The notes: a model not told the origin generated them from the letters alone. A stretch of DNA of 35,516 nt from Desulfobacterales bacterium CG23_combo_of_CG06-09_8_20_14_all_52_9 (GCA_002771315.1 PCSF01000212.1:13125-48640), one strand, 5' to 3'; counted from the first letter of the stretch, positions 1 to 9,975 are shown. Program-made: numbers and translations.

Positions 1-582
1 GAGTCGTTTCTCCAGAACCTCCTGATAGGTGATCCGCTGGATGAAGCGGGCGTCCTTGTGGGTGGCTGGATCCGCATCATACAGGCCGTCCACCTTGGTG
101 GCCTTCAGCAGCACCTCGGCATGGATTTCCTTGGCCCTCAGCACCGCCGCGGTATCCGTAGTAAAATAAGGGTTTCCGGTACCGGCGGCAAAAATAACCG
201 CCCTTCCTTTTTCCATGTGGCGTATGGCCCGTCGCAAGATGAAGGGCTCGGCCACTTCCGGTATGGAGATGGCTGTCTGGACTCGCGTTTGAATCCCCCG
301 CTTTTCCAGAGAGTCCTGGAGGGCGAGGCTGTTGATGACCGTGGCCAGCATGCCCATTTTGTCCGCCGATACCCGATCCATGCCATGGGCGCTTGCGACG
401 TTGCCCCTTAAAAAATTTCCACCCCCCACAACCAGAGCGATTTCCACTCCCAAATCGAAGATGGAACGCACTTCGTCGGCCACGTAGGTCAGCATTTCCG
501 GGCTGATCCCGAACCCCTGCTCTCCCATCAAAGCCCCGCCGCTCAGCTTGAGCACGAGGCGTTTATAGTGCGGCATCGCCAT
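1..582 (-). CDS. pyrH: UMP kinase, N-terminal 194 codons (3' end lies beyond the left window edge)
   Basis: Open minus-strand frame runs to position 1. Translation from ATG 582 (alternative ATG 576) reads [31 protein letters not shown]...[12 protein letters not shown]...[15 protein letters not shown], which are typical UMP-kinase motifs. It follows the classical rpsB-tsf-pyrH order. It is absent from the ORF track because it is truncated by the edge. Confidence 0.85.
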   Translation of the reverse strand, partial: MAMPHYKRLVLKLSGGALMGEQGFGISPEMLTYVADEVRSIFDLGVEIALVVGGGNFLRGNVASAHGMDRVSADKMGMLATVINSLALQDSLEKRGIQTRVQTAISIPEVAEPFILRRAIRHMEKGRAVIFAAGTGNPYFTTDTAAVLRAKEIHAEVLLKATKVDGLYDADPATHKDARFIQRITYQEVLEKRL

Positions 583-586
583 CGAC

Positions 587-1186
587 TTATTCTTCTCCCA
601 ACTGGTACCGGACGTATCTTTTGACGGTGATACTTTCCCCGATTTTTCCGATCAGTTCATTGAGGACATCCGATATGGTCAGGTTCGGGTCCCGCACATA
701 AGGTTGAGTCAACAGACAATTGTCCTTGAAGAATTTGTTGAGTTTCCCTTCGGCGATCTTTTCCGCCACCTGGGCCGGTTTTCCCAGTTGGGCCGCCTGA
801 GCTTTATAGATTTCCTTTTCTTTGGCGACAATCTCCTCGGGGACTTCCTCAGGCCGGATGCTCACCGGATTGGTGGCAGCGATGTGCATGGCGATGTTCT
901 TGGCAAATTCCTGGAACGAGTCGTTTTTGGCCACGAAATCGGTTTCACAGTTGACCTCCACCATGACGCCGATCTTCCCGCCCATGTGAATATAGGAATA
1001 AACCACACCGGCCGACGTCGCCCTCCCGGACCGCTTCTGGGCCGTAGCCAGCCCTTTCTTCCGTAAAAACTCGATGGCTTTTTTCTGGTCACCCCCGGTT
1101 TGACTGAGGGCTTCCTTGCAATCCATCATTCCTGCACCGGTCATCTCCCGGAGTTCCTTGACCATTGTCGCGCTGATGGTTGACAT
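587..1186 (-). CDS. tsf: Elongation factor Ts (short 199-aa form)
   Basis: [27 protein letters not shown] matches the UBA-like EF-Ts N-terminus, followed by [18 protein letters not shown] lies upstream of the ATG, and the gene sits directly downstream of rpsB. Confidence 0.95.
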   Translation of the reverse strand: MSTISATMVKELREMTGAGMMDCKEALSQTGGDQKKAIEFLRKKGLATAQKRSGRATSAGVVYSYIHMGGKIGVMVEVNCETDFVAKNDSFQEFAKNIAMHIAATNPVSIRPEEVPEEIVAKEKEIYKAQAAQLGKPAQVAEKIAEGKLNKFFKDNCLLTQPYVRDPNLTISDVLNELIGKIGESITVKRYVRYQLGEE

Positions 1187-1188
1187 GA

Positions 1189-2088
1189 CTATTCTCCTGT
1201 TTCGTATGATTCTTCGCTTTTCTGGTTTTCATCTCCTTCCGGATCCGCGATGGGCTTGCCGGTGGTACGCTTGATGATCTCGATCACCGGCCCGTCGGTT
1301 CCGTTGGAGATGACCTTCCGTTCACCGGGCTTCAAATCCACGGCTGCCGGTATTTCCGGTTTTTCTATATCGGCTTTGTCCACCTGGGCCTGAGCCTTTT
1401 CCTGGTGTTTGGCCCTACCCTCGATGCAGGCATCGGCGATACGGGAAGTGATCAGTCGGATGGCCCGAATGGCATCGTCGTTTCCGGGAATAATATAATC
1501 GACTTCATCCGGGTCGCAGTTGGTATCGACGACGGCAACGATGGGGATTCCCAGGCGCCTCCCTTCCCTCACGGCAATGGCCTCGTTCTTCGTGTCCACG
1601 ATAAAAATGGCGCCGGGAAGGGTGGTCATTTTCTGGATCCCCCCCAGGTTGCTGTCCAATTTCACTCGTTCCTTCTCAAGCTTCAACCGCTCTTTTTTGG
1701 GGAACAGGTTGATGGATCCGTCGTTGATGATGGTGTTCAGGTGGTTGAGACGCTCAATGCCTTGTTTGATGGTTTGAAAGTTCGTGAGCATCCCCCCAAG
1801 CCACCGGTTATGCACATAGAACATTTCACACCGGTTGGCCTCTTCGTAGATGGCCTCCCGCGATTGTTTCTTGGTCCCCACAAAAAGCACGGAGCGGCCC
1901 TCGGAAACGGTGTCCACCACGAAATCATAGGCGGGCTTGAACATGTGAACGGTTTTTTGGAGATCGATAATGTAGATGCCGTTTCTGGAACCGAAAATAT
2001 ACGGCTTCATCTTGGGGTTCCACCGTTTGGTCTGATGACCGAAATGGACCCCCGCTTCCAAGAGTTCCTTCATCGTTACGTACGCCAT
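1189..2088 (-). CDS. rpsB: 30S ribosomal protein S2 (299 aa, acidic C-terminal extension)
   Basis: Start moved from the ORF-track position to the internal ATG at 2088. That gives [27 protein letters not shown], preceded by AAGGAG. The 48 upstream codons of the track ORF do not resemble S2. Confidence 0.95.
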   Translation of the reverse strand: MAYVTMKELLEAGVHFGHQTKRWNPKMKPYIFGSRNGIYIIDLQKTVHMFKPAYDFVVDTVSEGRSVLFVGTKKQSREAIYEEANRCEMFYVHNRWLGGMLTNFQTIKQGIERLNHLNTIINDGSINLFPKKERLKLEKERVKLDSNLGGIQKMTTLPGAIFIVDTKNEAIAVREGRRLGIPIVAVVDTNCDPDEVDYIIPGNDDAIRAIRLITSRIADACIEGRAKHQEKAQAQVDKADIEKPEIPAAVDLKPGERKVISNGTDGPVIEIIKRTTGKPIADPEGDENQKSEESYETGE

Positions 2089-2203
2089 GAGTTTCTCCTT
2101 TTCGCTTTGGTTTTTCCTTCGCCGGTATCCACCCCACCTCCCACTTCCCCTATGGGAAGCACCCGGAGAGCAGGTCCACCGGCGTGTGTACTTAAAGCAG
2201 ATA

Positions 2204-2232
2204 CATATAATAAAGCATCGCTTTTTTTGCAA
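2204..2232 (-). promoter_or_regulatory. Candidate sigma70 promoter for rpsB-tsf-pyrH
   Basis: Minus-strand TTGCAA (2232-2227), 17-nt spacer, TATATG (2209-2204). This would leave a leader of roughly 110 nt containing the hairpin CTTCCC-ctat-GGGAAG. Motif match only. Confidence 0.3.
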
Positions 2233-2257
2233 TAAATTTTTTGTATTGTTTTTTTCT

Positions 2258-3154
2258 TTACCTCTTTTTTAAAAAAACGATCCGGTCCCATCCGCTGTAG
2301 TCGCTGATAAAAATCGGGTCATTGTAATTCCCGCTTTCTTTGGCAAAAGTTTCCACATCGGTTCTCTGATCGAATCCGATTTCCACGAGCAATACACCGC
2401 CGGGCTTCAGGAAGGCATGCGCCTGAAGAAGGATGAGACGAACCGCCTCCAGGCCGTCGGCGCCCCCGTCGAGGGCGCGCCGAGGTTCATAACCGATCTC
2501 CGGTTGCAGTTTTACGATGACCGCTGAGCGCACATAGGGCGGGTTGGAAACGATCGCATCGAACGCTTCTCCGGTTTCTTTGAACGGCAAAAACCAGTCT
2601 CCGCAGAGCAACTGGATCCGATCTTTAACCCCTTGATTTTCTGCGTTTTGCCGGGCCATCCGAAGCGTCGGCAATGAAATGTCGGATGCAAAAACACTGG
2701 CTTTGTGCGTATGCACGGCCAGGGCGATGGCAATGGCGCCGCTACCAGTTCCCAGATCCAGGACACATGCCGCTTGACCGATCTCATCTCCTGGACCCGA
2801 GAGCCATTTCAAGGCGGCATCCACCAGATGTTCTGTCTCGGGTCTGGGAATCAGCACATCCCGGCTGACAGAAAATTTAATCCCATAAAACTCTTTGGAT
2901 CCGACGATGTAAGCTGCCGGCTCTCCGCCTGCCCTTCTTGAAACGGCCTCCTTGAACCGCGCTAGTTCATCGGCGGTCACCGGCTGGTCATAGTGCACGT
3001 AAAGATCGATCCGCTCCAATCCCAGTATGTGGGATAGAAGGATTTCAGCGGAAGCCCTCGGGCTTTCGATGCAGCCATCCTTAAAGAAAGCGCTCGTCCG
3101 ATTTAGGAGCTCGAGCACCGTTAAGGTTGCGGTATTCGATGGGTTCTCGGCCAT
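2258..3154 (-). CDS. prmC: Release-factor glutamine N5-methyltransferase (HemK/PrmC)
   Basis: Contains the VSNPPYV (NPPY) catalytic motif and the SAM-binding [13 protein letters not shown] motif, and sits immediately downstream of prfA. Start is set at ATG 3154 ([17 protein letters not shown]). ATG 3178 and the longer track start at 3268 are alternatives, and none has a strong SD. Confidence 0.85.
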   Translation of the reverse strand: MAENPSNTATLTVLELLNRTSAFFKDGCIESPRASAEILLSHILGLERIDLYVHYDQPVTADELARFKEAVSRRAGGEPAAYIVGSKEFYGIKFSVSRDVLIPRPETEHLVDAALKWLSGPGDEIGQAACVLDLGTGSGAIAIALAVHTHKASVFASDISLPTLRMARQNAENQGVKDRIQLLCGDWFLPFKETGEAFDAIVSNPPYVRSAVIVKLQPEIGYEPRRALDGGADGLEAVRLILLQAHAFLKPGGVLLVEIGFDQRTDVETFAKESGNYNDPIFISDYSGWDRIVFLKKR

Positions 3155-3298
3155 GATTGAGTATTTTGGGGAAATCATCGGATGTCGGTGCGGAGATTGT
3201 GGACCGCGCATTCCCGCCACAACGAAACGGAAAATACGCTTTCTTTTGGAGTTGAAACGTCGGAGCAAGGAGCGGATCCCTCGGAATCCGTAACCCTC

Positions 3299-4399
3299 TT
3301 AATCCATGGAAGCTTCGACCCCTTGAACCCTCGACCCCTTTTCTCCCTTCAGGGCCTGGGCCTGATAGAAGGTCATCACTTCTTCGATCAAATGATCGAC
3401 TCCCCCTTGTAGGATGCTCTCCAGTCTATAAAGGGTCAATCCGATCCGATGGTCCGTTACCCGCCCCTGAGGGAAATTATAAGTCCGGATCCGTTCGCTG
3501 CGGTCGCCGCTTCCGACCTGACTCTTCCGCTCTTCGGAAATCTTTTCGCTTTGTTCCCGGATCATCTGATCCAGGAGTCGTGCCCTGAGGACTTTCAAAG
3601 CCTTGTTCTTGTTTTTCAGTTGGGATTTTTCATCCTGGCAGATGACCACCAATCCCGTAGGAAGATGCGTGATCCGCACCGCCGAATCGGTGGTGTTCAC
3701 CGACTGCCCCCCGGGGCCGCCGGAACGATAAACGTCCACCCGGAGGTCGTTTGGATCAATGGTTACTTCCACCTCTTCGGCTTCGGGAAGAACGGCGACG
3801 GTCACGGCGGATGTATGAATCCGGCCTTGGGCCTCTGTTTCAGGAACTCGTTGGACCCGGTGTGTGCCGCTTTCGAATTTCAATCGGCTGTAGGCCCCTC
3901 TTCCCTGGATCAGGGAGATGACTTCTTTCAGACCCCCGGTGCCGGTAGGATGATGGCTCAGCACTTCGACTTTCCAACCCTGATTTTCAGCGTACCGGCT
4001 ATACATCCGAAACAGATCCCCCGCAAAAAGCGCCGCCTCTTCACCGCCAGTCCCGGCTCGGATTTCCATGATAACATTCTTTTCGTCGTTGGCGTCTTTC
4101 GGGATCAACAGATGTTTGAGCCGGCTCTCAAGGTTCGCCTTACGGGTATTCAGCCTTTCAATATCGTCCCTGGCGAGTTCCCGGATCTCCGGATCGTTTT
4201 CATTCAGCAGGCCGGTGCTATTCTCGATGTCCTTGATCGTTTTATCGTATTCGCGGTAGAGGGTGACGATCTTATTCAGTTCCGCGTGCTCCCGGACATA
4301 ATTCTGGTATTGCTCCCGGTCGCGGACGACGACCGGATCGCTCATCTGTTTCTCGATAGCTAAAAAACGTTCTTCAACCCCTTGGAGCTTTTTTAACAT
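3299..4399 (-). CDS. prfA: Peptide chain release factor 1
   Basis: GGQ motif ([24 protein letters not shown]) plus an RF1-type tripeptide region ([16 protein letters not shown]). Length is 366 aa, with AAGGA upstream of the ATG. Confidence 0.95.
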   Translation of the reverse strand: MLKKLQGVEERFLAIEKQMSDPVVVRDREQYQNYVREHAELNKIVTLYREYDKTIKDIENSTGLLNENDPEIRELARDDIERLNTRKANLESRLKHLLIPKDANDEKNVIMEIRAGTGGEEAALFAGDLFRMYSRYAENQGWKVEVLSHHPTGTGGLKEVISLIQGRGAYSRLKFESGTHRVQRVPETEAQGRIHTSAVTVAVLPEAEEVEVTIDPNDLRVDVYRSGGPGGQSVNTTDSAVRITHLPTGLVVICQDEKSQLKNKNKALKVLRARLLDQMIREQSEKISEERKSQVGSGDRSERIRTYNFPQGRVTDHRIGLTLYRLESILQGGVDHLIEEVMTFYQAQALKGEKGSRVQGVEASMD

Positions 4400-4468
4400 G
4401 ATTCCTTGATGGGTCGACCTTCAGAGGCTTGATGTGGTCCTGGGAAATAAAAAGGTGAAAAAAATCTG

Positions 4469-4690
4469 TCAGGCTTGTTTCTGCAATTCCTTGAATTTCG
4501 CGTATTTTTTTTTGAACCGCTCGATCCGACCGGCGGAATCTACCAGCTTCTGCTTCCCGGTGAAAAAAGGGTGGCACTTAGAACAGATTTCCACACGAAT
4601 TTCCGACTTGGTGGAGCCGATCTCAAATGTGTTTCCACAAGCGCAAGTCACTTTTGTTTTGAAATATTGGGGATGAATACCCTCTTTCAT
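4469..4690 (-). CDS. rpmE: 50S ribosomal protein L31
   Basis: [28 protein letters not shown]...[12 protein letters not shown] is the L31 signature with zinc-ribbon cysteines. Confidence 0.95.
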   Translation of the reverse strand: MKEGIHPQYFKTKVTCACGNTFEIGSTKSEIRVEICSKCHPFFTGKQKLVDSAGRIERFKKKYAKFKELQKQA

Positions 4691-4717
4691 CTCTTTTATA
4701 CCTTCCTTTTTTAAGAA

Positions 4718-5965
4718 TTACGAATTCATGGCAGCCATAAGGATTTTATTATTGTCCGTTCCGCGCATTTTTTCAAGCAAAAATTCAAGAGCGTCGACCG
4801 GATTGAGGGAGGAAAGAAGCTTCCGGAGTATCCAGACCCGGTTCAACGTCCCGGAATCCAGGAGGAGTTCCTCTTTGCGGGTCCCGGATCTGTTGATGTC
4901 GATGGCGGGGAAAATCCGCCGATCCGAGATCCGTCGATCCAGCTGCAACTCCAGGTTTCCGGTCCCCTTGAACTCTTCAAAGATCACTTCGTCCATGCGA
5001 CTGCCGGTGTCGATGAGAGCCGTGGCGATGATGGTGAGGCTCCCACCTTCCTCGATGTTTCTCGCCGCTCCGAAGAACCGCTTCGGTCTTTGGAGGGCCT
5101 TGGAATCCACACCGCCGGAGAGAATCTTACCGGAAGGCGGCACCACCGAGTTGTACGCCCGCGCCAAGCGGGTGATGCTGTCCAAAAGGATCACCACATC
5201 CTTTTTGTGCTCCACCAGCCGTTTGGCTTTCTCGATCACCATCTCCGCCACCTGAACATGCCGTTCCGCAGGTTCGTCGAAGGTGGAACTGATGACCTCG
5301 CCGTCCACGGAACGCTGCATGTCGGTCACTTCTTCCGGCCGCTCGTCAATGAGCAACACGATCAAAAAAATATTTTTATGGTTGCTGGTAATGCTGTTGG
5401 CGATGTTTTGCAGGAGCATGGTTTTTCCGGACCTAGGGGGCGAGACAATGAGCCCGCGCTGACCGAAGCCGATGGGTGTCAACAGGTCCATGATCCGCAT
5501 GGAGTAATTCTCGGCATCCATCTCCAGATTGATCTTCCGGTTGGGATAGAGGGGTGTAAGATTGTCAAACAGGATCTTTTCTCGGGTTGCCTCCGGATCC
5601 TCGAAATTAATGGACTCCACCTTGAGGAGGGCGAAGTAGCGTTCCGATTCCTTGGGCTGCCGGATCTGTCCGGATACCGTATCCCCGGTCCTCAAGTTGA
5701 ACCTGCGGATCTGGGAAGGGGAGACGTAAATATCATCCGGTCCCGGCAGGTAATTGGAATCGGGAGCCCGTAAAAAGCCGAACCCGTCCGGCAGAATCTC
5801 GAGGGTCCCTTCACCATAAATCGATCCGTTCTTCTCCACCTGCGCCTGAACCAGGCCGAAAATCAGCTCATGTTTACGCATTCCCCCTACGCCTGGAATG
5901 TTGTATTCCTTGGCTAACTGTGCCAATTCGCTGATTTTTTTGTCTTTTAGCTCCGAAATGTTCAT
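4718..5965 (-). CDS. rho: Transcription termination factor Rho
   Basis: [21 protein letters not shown] at the N-terminus, an RNA-binding domain (GFGFLR), and the P-loop [11 protein letters not shown]. Start is set at ATG 5965, five codons inside the track ORF. Confidence 0.95.
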   Translation of the reverse strand: MNISELKDKKISELAQLAKEYNIPGVGGMRKHELIFGLVQAQVEKNGSIYGEGTLEILPDGFGFLRAPDSNYLPGPDDIYVSPSQIRRFNLRTGDTVSGQIRQPKESERYFALLKVESINFEDPEATREKILFDNLTPLYPNRKINLEMDAENYSMRIMDLLTPIGFGQRGLIVSPPRSGKTMLLQNIANSITSNHKNIFLIVLLIDERPEEVTDMQRSVDGEVISSTFDEPAERHVQVAEMVIEKAKRLVEHKKDVVILLDSITRLARAYNSVVPPSGKILSGGVDSKALQRPKRFFGAARNIEEGGSLTIIATALIDTGSRMDEVIFEEFKGTGNLELQLDRRISDRRIFPAIDINRSGTRKEELLLDSGTLNRVWILRKLLSSLNPVDALEFLLEKMRGTDNNKILMAAMNS

Positions 5966-6299
5966 ACGGCACGACCTCACTTATATCCTGTTTATCATGG
6001 GCCCCGGGTTACGGGCATTATCGTCTTAACGGATGCGATGCGGATCCGCGACTGAAGGCCCCTGTTTCAATCAAAGGCAATCTCTGAATAAGGCCATGGA
6101 CGCGGCGATACCGAATATCCTGCCGAAAAAATGGCTTTCTTGGCTAAAACGAATGGAACAGATTCCATTGCAGCATAGACTGAGGGGCTTTGTACTTTAT
6201 GATTGCCGAAAACCGAAGTTTTTTACCGAAAACGTTATTATTCAAAGGCGGGATTGTTGCCTTATCTTGGCCTTTTCATATCCGATGATTTCAGGCCTG

Positions 6300-6971
6300 T
6301 CAAGTGATTTCGTTATCTTTGGAATATTTTTTATTCAAAATAAAAAAAATACGGTCCACCGAGCAATGGAGTTTCTTTATGCTCTCTGTATTGATAATTA
6401 CGAAATTGGATCGGTCAATCTTTCTTTCATCGGAAATCTGGGTCTTCAGGAGTAACCCGGCCTCTTTTTCAGATACGGCGTCTCTTTTCGACAATCGCTT
6501 TTTTTGAAGTCGCTCCCCGGCCATTACCAGGATCACGGCGTCAAAAGCATCTTCCATTTTGGATTCAAAAAGGAGGGGGACTTCCACAACCACAAAAGGG
6601 GCCTTATCGGAATCCATCCCTGAAACCTGGGTTTTTAAAAGATGACCGATTTCCGGATGGAGGATTTCTTCCAGAATGCGCCGGTCCGAATCGTCCCGGA
6701 CAACTTTCCGGCGAAGGGCTCTTCGGTTGAGGGTTCCATCCGGATTCATGACCTTTTGACCGAAGTGTTTGACGATCTTTATGAGGGCCGTCCCAGAGGG
6801 TGAAACGGCCTTGCGGGCCAAACCATCCAGGTCGATCACCGGGACGCCCAGACGTTCAAAGCGCCGACACACCATGGACTTGCCCGTACCCGCACTGCCG
6901 GTAACGGCCACCCGAAAAGGGTTGCCTCTGCCGTTTGGTTTTTGTAACTTGTTTTGGCGATTTCGATGCAC
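6300..6971 (-). CDS. coaE: Dephospho-CoA kinase
   Basis: P-loop VAVTGSAGTGKS followed by VIDLD, as in CoaE. The track start at 6971 is GTG. An in-frame GTG at 6911 (RVAVTG) would give a more typical N-terminus, so the start is uncertain. Confidence 0.8.
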   Translation of the reverse strand: MHRNRQNKLQKPNGRGNPFRVAVTGSAGTGKSMVCRRFERLGVPVIDLDGLARKAVSPSGTALIKIVKHFGQKVMNPDGTLNRRALRRKVVRDDSDRRILEEILHPEIGHLLKTQVSGMDSDKAPFVVVEVPLLFESKMEDAFDAVILVMAGERLQKKRLSKRDAVSEKEAGLLLKTQISDERKIDRSNFVIINTESIKKLHCSVDRIFFILNKKYSKDNEIT

Positions 6972-7029
6972 TAATGTGCTTTCATCTGTTCAGGTTATAA
7001 TCCTTGACTCATTTAAATATGACGAAATT

Positions 7030-7214
7030 GTAAAAAGCTATTTTTGCTCGCTTCGTGATCATTTTCGGGAGATACTCACGGCTTCTCTAAATTTCAAGAA
7101 CTCGGCGCAAGCGCCTCAAACAGCTTGAAATTATTAACGCTCAGCCGTTCGCATCTCTTTTTTACGAAAATGCTCCAATCTCGCTTGCAAAAGCTTTTTA
7201 CGAAGCCATCAAAT
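7030..7214. repeat. MITE-like intergenic repeat, copy A
   Basis: Begins GTAAAAAGC (7030-7038) and ends GCTTTTTACGAAGCCATCAAAT (7193-7214). The last 21 nt are identical to 9623-9643. A degenerate extra copy of the end motif lies at 7157-7180. The start of the interior (ATTTTTGCTCGC) resembles copy D. Confidence 0.5.
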
Positions 7215-7268
7215 ATAAATATTCTACCAATGGCGAGGGCTTTCCCCCGATTGCCAAACGGGTTAAAT

Positions 7269-8702
7269 ATGAAAATTGAAGGTCTACAAATACCTTTCGA
7301 TGAAGCCTTGCTCCCGCAAACCGAAGGGGTCTATCTGGTGGGCGGTTCGATACGGGATTTACTCCTGGATCGTCATTCTATTGATTATGACATCGCCGTG
7401 TCCAAAAATCCAGATCTATTTGCGCGTCGACTTTCCAACCGGATCGGAGGACGGCTGGTAAGATTTGGAAAACCGGGCCAGGCCCTTTTCCGCATCGTAG
7501 GGCCCGAAATGGTATTTGACGTCACCGCCGTCAGAGGAACCTCCATCGAGGCAGATCTTCAGGAAAGAGATTTCACCATCAATGCCATGGCATATGCTCT
7601 GGATTCAAAAATTTTCATCGATCCTTTCAATGGAAGAGCCGATCTTGCCGCAAAGAAGCTGACGATCGTCTCTGAAAATGTCTTTGAAAAAGACCCGGTG
7701 CGGCTGGTACGCGCCTACCGGATTTGCGCCGTTTACGGTCTCCGGATGGACCCCGATACAGACTTCAAAATCCGGATGGAAAGCCATCGCATCCGGGAAT
7801 CCCCTCCGGAACGCATCACAGGAGAATTGATCAGGATTTTTAGCGCGTCAAACATTTCTGAAACCATATCCCAAATGGCGCGTTCGGAATTGCTTTTCCA
7901 CATCCTGCCCGAGCTGAAAGAGACAATTGGCTGCACCCAGAACCGGTATCATGCCTTCAATGTCTTTGAGCATACCTTCAAAGCCCTGTCTCACCTGGAA
8001 CGGCTCCAGGAGAATCTGGAAGCGTTTTTCCCCAAAGCAGCATCCCAAATCCGGAAAAGCTTACATGAGAAGTCCTTTACATTGTTGAAATGGGCCATGC
8101 TTCTGCACGATATCGGGAAGCCGGTTGTCAGATCCGCAGGGCCGGAAGGGAAGATCCATTTTGGGGGACATGAAAAAACCGGTGCTCAAATGGCTGCCGA
8201 TATCTGCCGGCGATTGCGGTTTTCAAATGCCGACACCCAGGACACGGTTTTTATCATCCGAAACCACGTCAGACCCCTTTTTCTGTTCCTTGCCTGCAAA
8301 AACCCCGGATTTTCCAGGAGGATCAAAATCCGTTTCTTTTTACGATGCGGCGACTATACACCGGCGCTTCTGCTGCATGCCGTGGCGGATATCCAAGGCA
8401 AAAGCGACGTCCCCGATCTGCGAAACGAGGCATTCCTTTCCTTTGCCCGGGACCTGGTTTGGGAATATTTTGAGGATTATCTGGAAATAAAAAGACAGGT
8501 TCCCCTTATTACCGGTTTCGATCTCATACGGGAATTCGATCTGGCGCCGTCCCCGATCATGAAAAAAATCCTGGGAAGAATCCGGGAGGCCCAGTTGTCC
8601 AAAGAGATCCTAGACAGGGCCTCAGCCGTGCGCCTGGCCCGTGATATGATCGGGAAACGAAATCCGACTGCCGAATCCGCTGAAGGAACACTCCGCGGAT
8701 GA
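7269..8702 (+). CDS. cca: tRNA nucleotidyltransferase (CCA-adding) / poly(A) polymerase family protein with HD domain
   Basis: Contains GGSIRDLLL...DYDIAV (nucleotidyltransferase G[SG] and DxD), ERDFTINAMA, and HD-domain LLHDIGKP. The track start at 7125 is TTG and lies inside repeat A, so ATG 7269 (MKIEGLQIPFDE) was chosen. CCA-adding versus A-adding specificity cannot be read from the sequence. Confidence 0.75.
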   Translation: MKIEGLQIPFDEALLPQTEGVYLVGGSIRDLLLDRHSIDYDIAVSKNPDLFARRLSNRIGGRLVRFGKPGQALFRIVGPEMVFDVTAVRGTSIEADLQERDFTINAMAYALDSKIFIDPFNGRADLAAKKLTIVSENVFEKDPVRLVRAYRICAVYGLRMDPDTDFKIRMESHRIRESPPERITGELIRIFSASNISETISQMARSELLFHILPELKETIGCTQNRYHAFNVFEHTFKALSHLERLQENLEAFFPKAASQIRKSLHEKSFTLLKWAMLLHDIGKPVVRSAGPEGKIHFGGHEKTGAQMAADICRRLRFSNADTQDTVFIIRNHVRPLFLFLACKNPGFSRRIKIRFFLRCGDYTPALLLHAVADIQGKSDVPDLRNEAFLSFARDLVWEYFEDYLEIKRQVPLITGFDLIREFDLAPSPIMKKILGRIREAQLSKEILDRASAVRLARDMIGKRNPTAESAEGTLRG

Positions 8703-8706
8703 ACCC

Positions 8707-8735
8707 TTGACAAGAACCGGTGGTTCGCATAGTAA
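8707..8735 (+). promoter_or_regulatory. Candidate sigma70 promoter for adk
   Basis: TTGACA (8707-8712), 17 nt, TAGTAA (8730-8735). CATAGT with a 15-nt spacer is the alternative -10. The -10 element is weak; motif match only. Confidence 0.3.
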
Positions 8736-8814
8736 AGCCCAGATCCGATCGGGAAATATGAATGCCGCCCCCAGCGGCCAACGATAATCCAATCAGTGCA
8801 GAAAGGAGACGGTC

Positions 8815-9489
8815 ATGAACATTTTGTTTTTCGGCCCCAACGGCAGCGGGAAAGGAACCCAGGGTGCGATATTGAAGGACAAGTACAAGCTACCTCACAT
8901 CGAATCCGGAGCCATCTTCAGGGAAAACATTCAGGGGAAAACCGAGTTGGGCGCCAAGGCAAAGGCCTATATCGACCGGGGAGACCTGGTTCCCGATGAC
9001 ATTACCATACCCATGATCCTCAATCGGCTCCAGAAAAACGACTGCAAAAAGGGTTGGCTCTTAGATGGGTTCCCGAGGAACAAAAACCAGGCCATCAAAC
9101 TCCATGAGGCTCTCAAGAAGGCCGGACTGGCTCTGGACATCGTGATTGAGATCATACTAGATCGGGAGATCGCAAAGAATCGGATCATGGGCCGGCGTCT
9201 CTGTGTCAACGACAACAATCATCCGAACAATATTTACATCGACGCCATTAAACCAAAAGATGGAAAATGCCGGGTCTGCGGCGGGGAGCTGAAAACCCGC
9301 AGCGATGATCAGGACGAGGAGGCCATCAACAAACGTCACAACATCTATTATGACACCAAAACCGGCACTTTGGCATCGGCGTATTATTTCAGGGACCTGG
9401 CAAAAAAAGACAAGTCCATAAAATATATCACGTTGGACGGGAAGCCCGGCGTTAAAGAAGTGACGACCGAACTAGTCTCCAAACTGTAA
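8815..9489 (+). CDS. adk: Adenylate kinase (long LID, Cys-His-Cys-Cys metal site)
   Basis: MNILFFGPNGSGKGTQ P-loop, a LID with C130-X5-H136-X15-C152-X2-C155, and a strong RBS (GAAAGGAGA). Confidence 0.95.
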   Translation: MNILFFGPNGSGKGTQGAILKDKYKLPHIESGAIFRENIQGKTELGAKAKAYIDRGDLVPDDITIPMILNRLQKNDCKKGWLLDGFPRNKNQAIKLHEALKKAGLALDIVIEIILDREIAKNRIMGRRLCVNDNNHPNNIYIDAIKPKDGKCRVCGGELKTRSDDQDEEAINKRHNIYYDTKTGTLASAYYFRDLAKKDKSIKYITLDGKPGVKEVTTELVSKL

Positions 9490-9512
9490 TAAAACTTTGT
9501 TTCGATAAATGG

Positions 9513-9643
9513 TGATGGCAAAGTAAAAAGCTTCAGATGCAAGGCGCGCAAATCCTGAGGAATGAGGCGTAGTTATAGGTACGCTGCAATGACGAAGGAC
9601 TCAGCGCAACGCAGCAGATGGACTTTTTACGAAGCCATCAAAT
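9513..9643. repeat. MITE-like intergenic repeat, copy B
   Basis: The left end TGATGGCAAAGTAAAAAG (9513-9530) is the inverted complement of the right end CTTTTTACGAAGCCATCA (9623-9640), matching 15 of 18. The right-end 21-mer is identical to copy A. Confidence 0.6.
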
Positions 9644-9649
9644 TGTGTC

Positions 9650-9678
9650 TTGTCAAACTTAGAGGATGGTACTATAAT
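9650..9678 (+). promoter_or_regulatory. Sigma70 promoter for rpsU
   Basis: TTGTCA (9650-9655), exactly 17 nt, then a perfect TATAAT (9673-9678). It lies about 80 nt upstream of the rpsU start. Confidence 0.6.
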
Positions 9679-9758
9679 TTAATATCTAAATATTTGGATT
9701 CAAATAAACCTTTAGAAGGAATCTTTTCTGACTGGGGTGTGCAAAGGGGTGAGACGGT

Positions 9759-9962
9759 TTGAAAAATATCGAGGTCAGGGTGCTGGACAACGACCTTGAA
9801 AAGGCCATGCGTATTCTGAAAAAAAAGATTCAGAATGACGGCCTGTTCAAGCGTTTAAAGCTGAAAAAAAGCTATGAAAAGCCCAGCGAATTCCGGCGTC
9901 GCAAGCAGAGAGAGGCTTTGAGAAGACAGCGCATCGCAACTTCAAAGAGACGCTACCGATAA
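9759..9962 (+). CDS. rpsU: 30S ribosomal protein S21
   Basis: IEVRVLDNDLEKAMRILKKKIQNDGLFKRLKLKKSYEKPSEFRRRKQREA is an S21 signature (YEKPSE). The start is TTG, preceded by AAGGGGTGAG. Confidence 0.9.
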   Translation: MKNIEVRVLDNDLEKAMRILKKKIQNDGLFKRLKLKKSYEKPSEFRRRKQREALRRQRIATSKRRYR

Positions 9963-9975
9963 TTCGAAAGGTTTT

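Noticed and set aside
1405-2235. 276-aa plus-strand ORF
   Set aside because: It is entirely antisense to rpsB and has no recognisable motifs. It is a typical shadow ORF of a GC-biased gene.
3449-4363. 304-aa plus-strand ORF
   Set aside because: It is antisense to prfA, whose identity is unambiguous, and has a low-complexity composition.
6033-6455. 140-aa plus-strand ORF in the rho/coaE intergenic region
   Set aside because: It overlaps the 3' end of coaE, and has no SD and no motif. It is more likely non-coding leader sequence.
9492-9660. 6-bp direct repeat AAACTT flanking repeat copy B (9492-9497 and 9655-9660) as a target-site duplication
   Set aside because: A 6-mer match near both ends has roughly a 10 percent chance expectation. 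The right copy also lies inside the rpsU -35 and spacer region. It is not strong enough to call.
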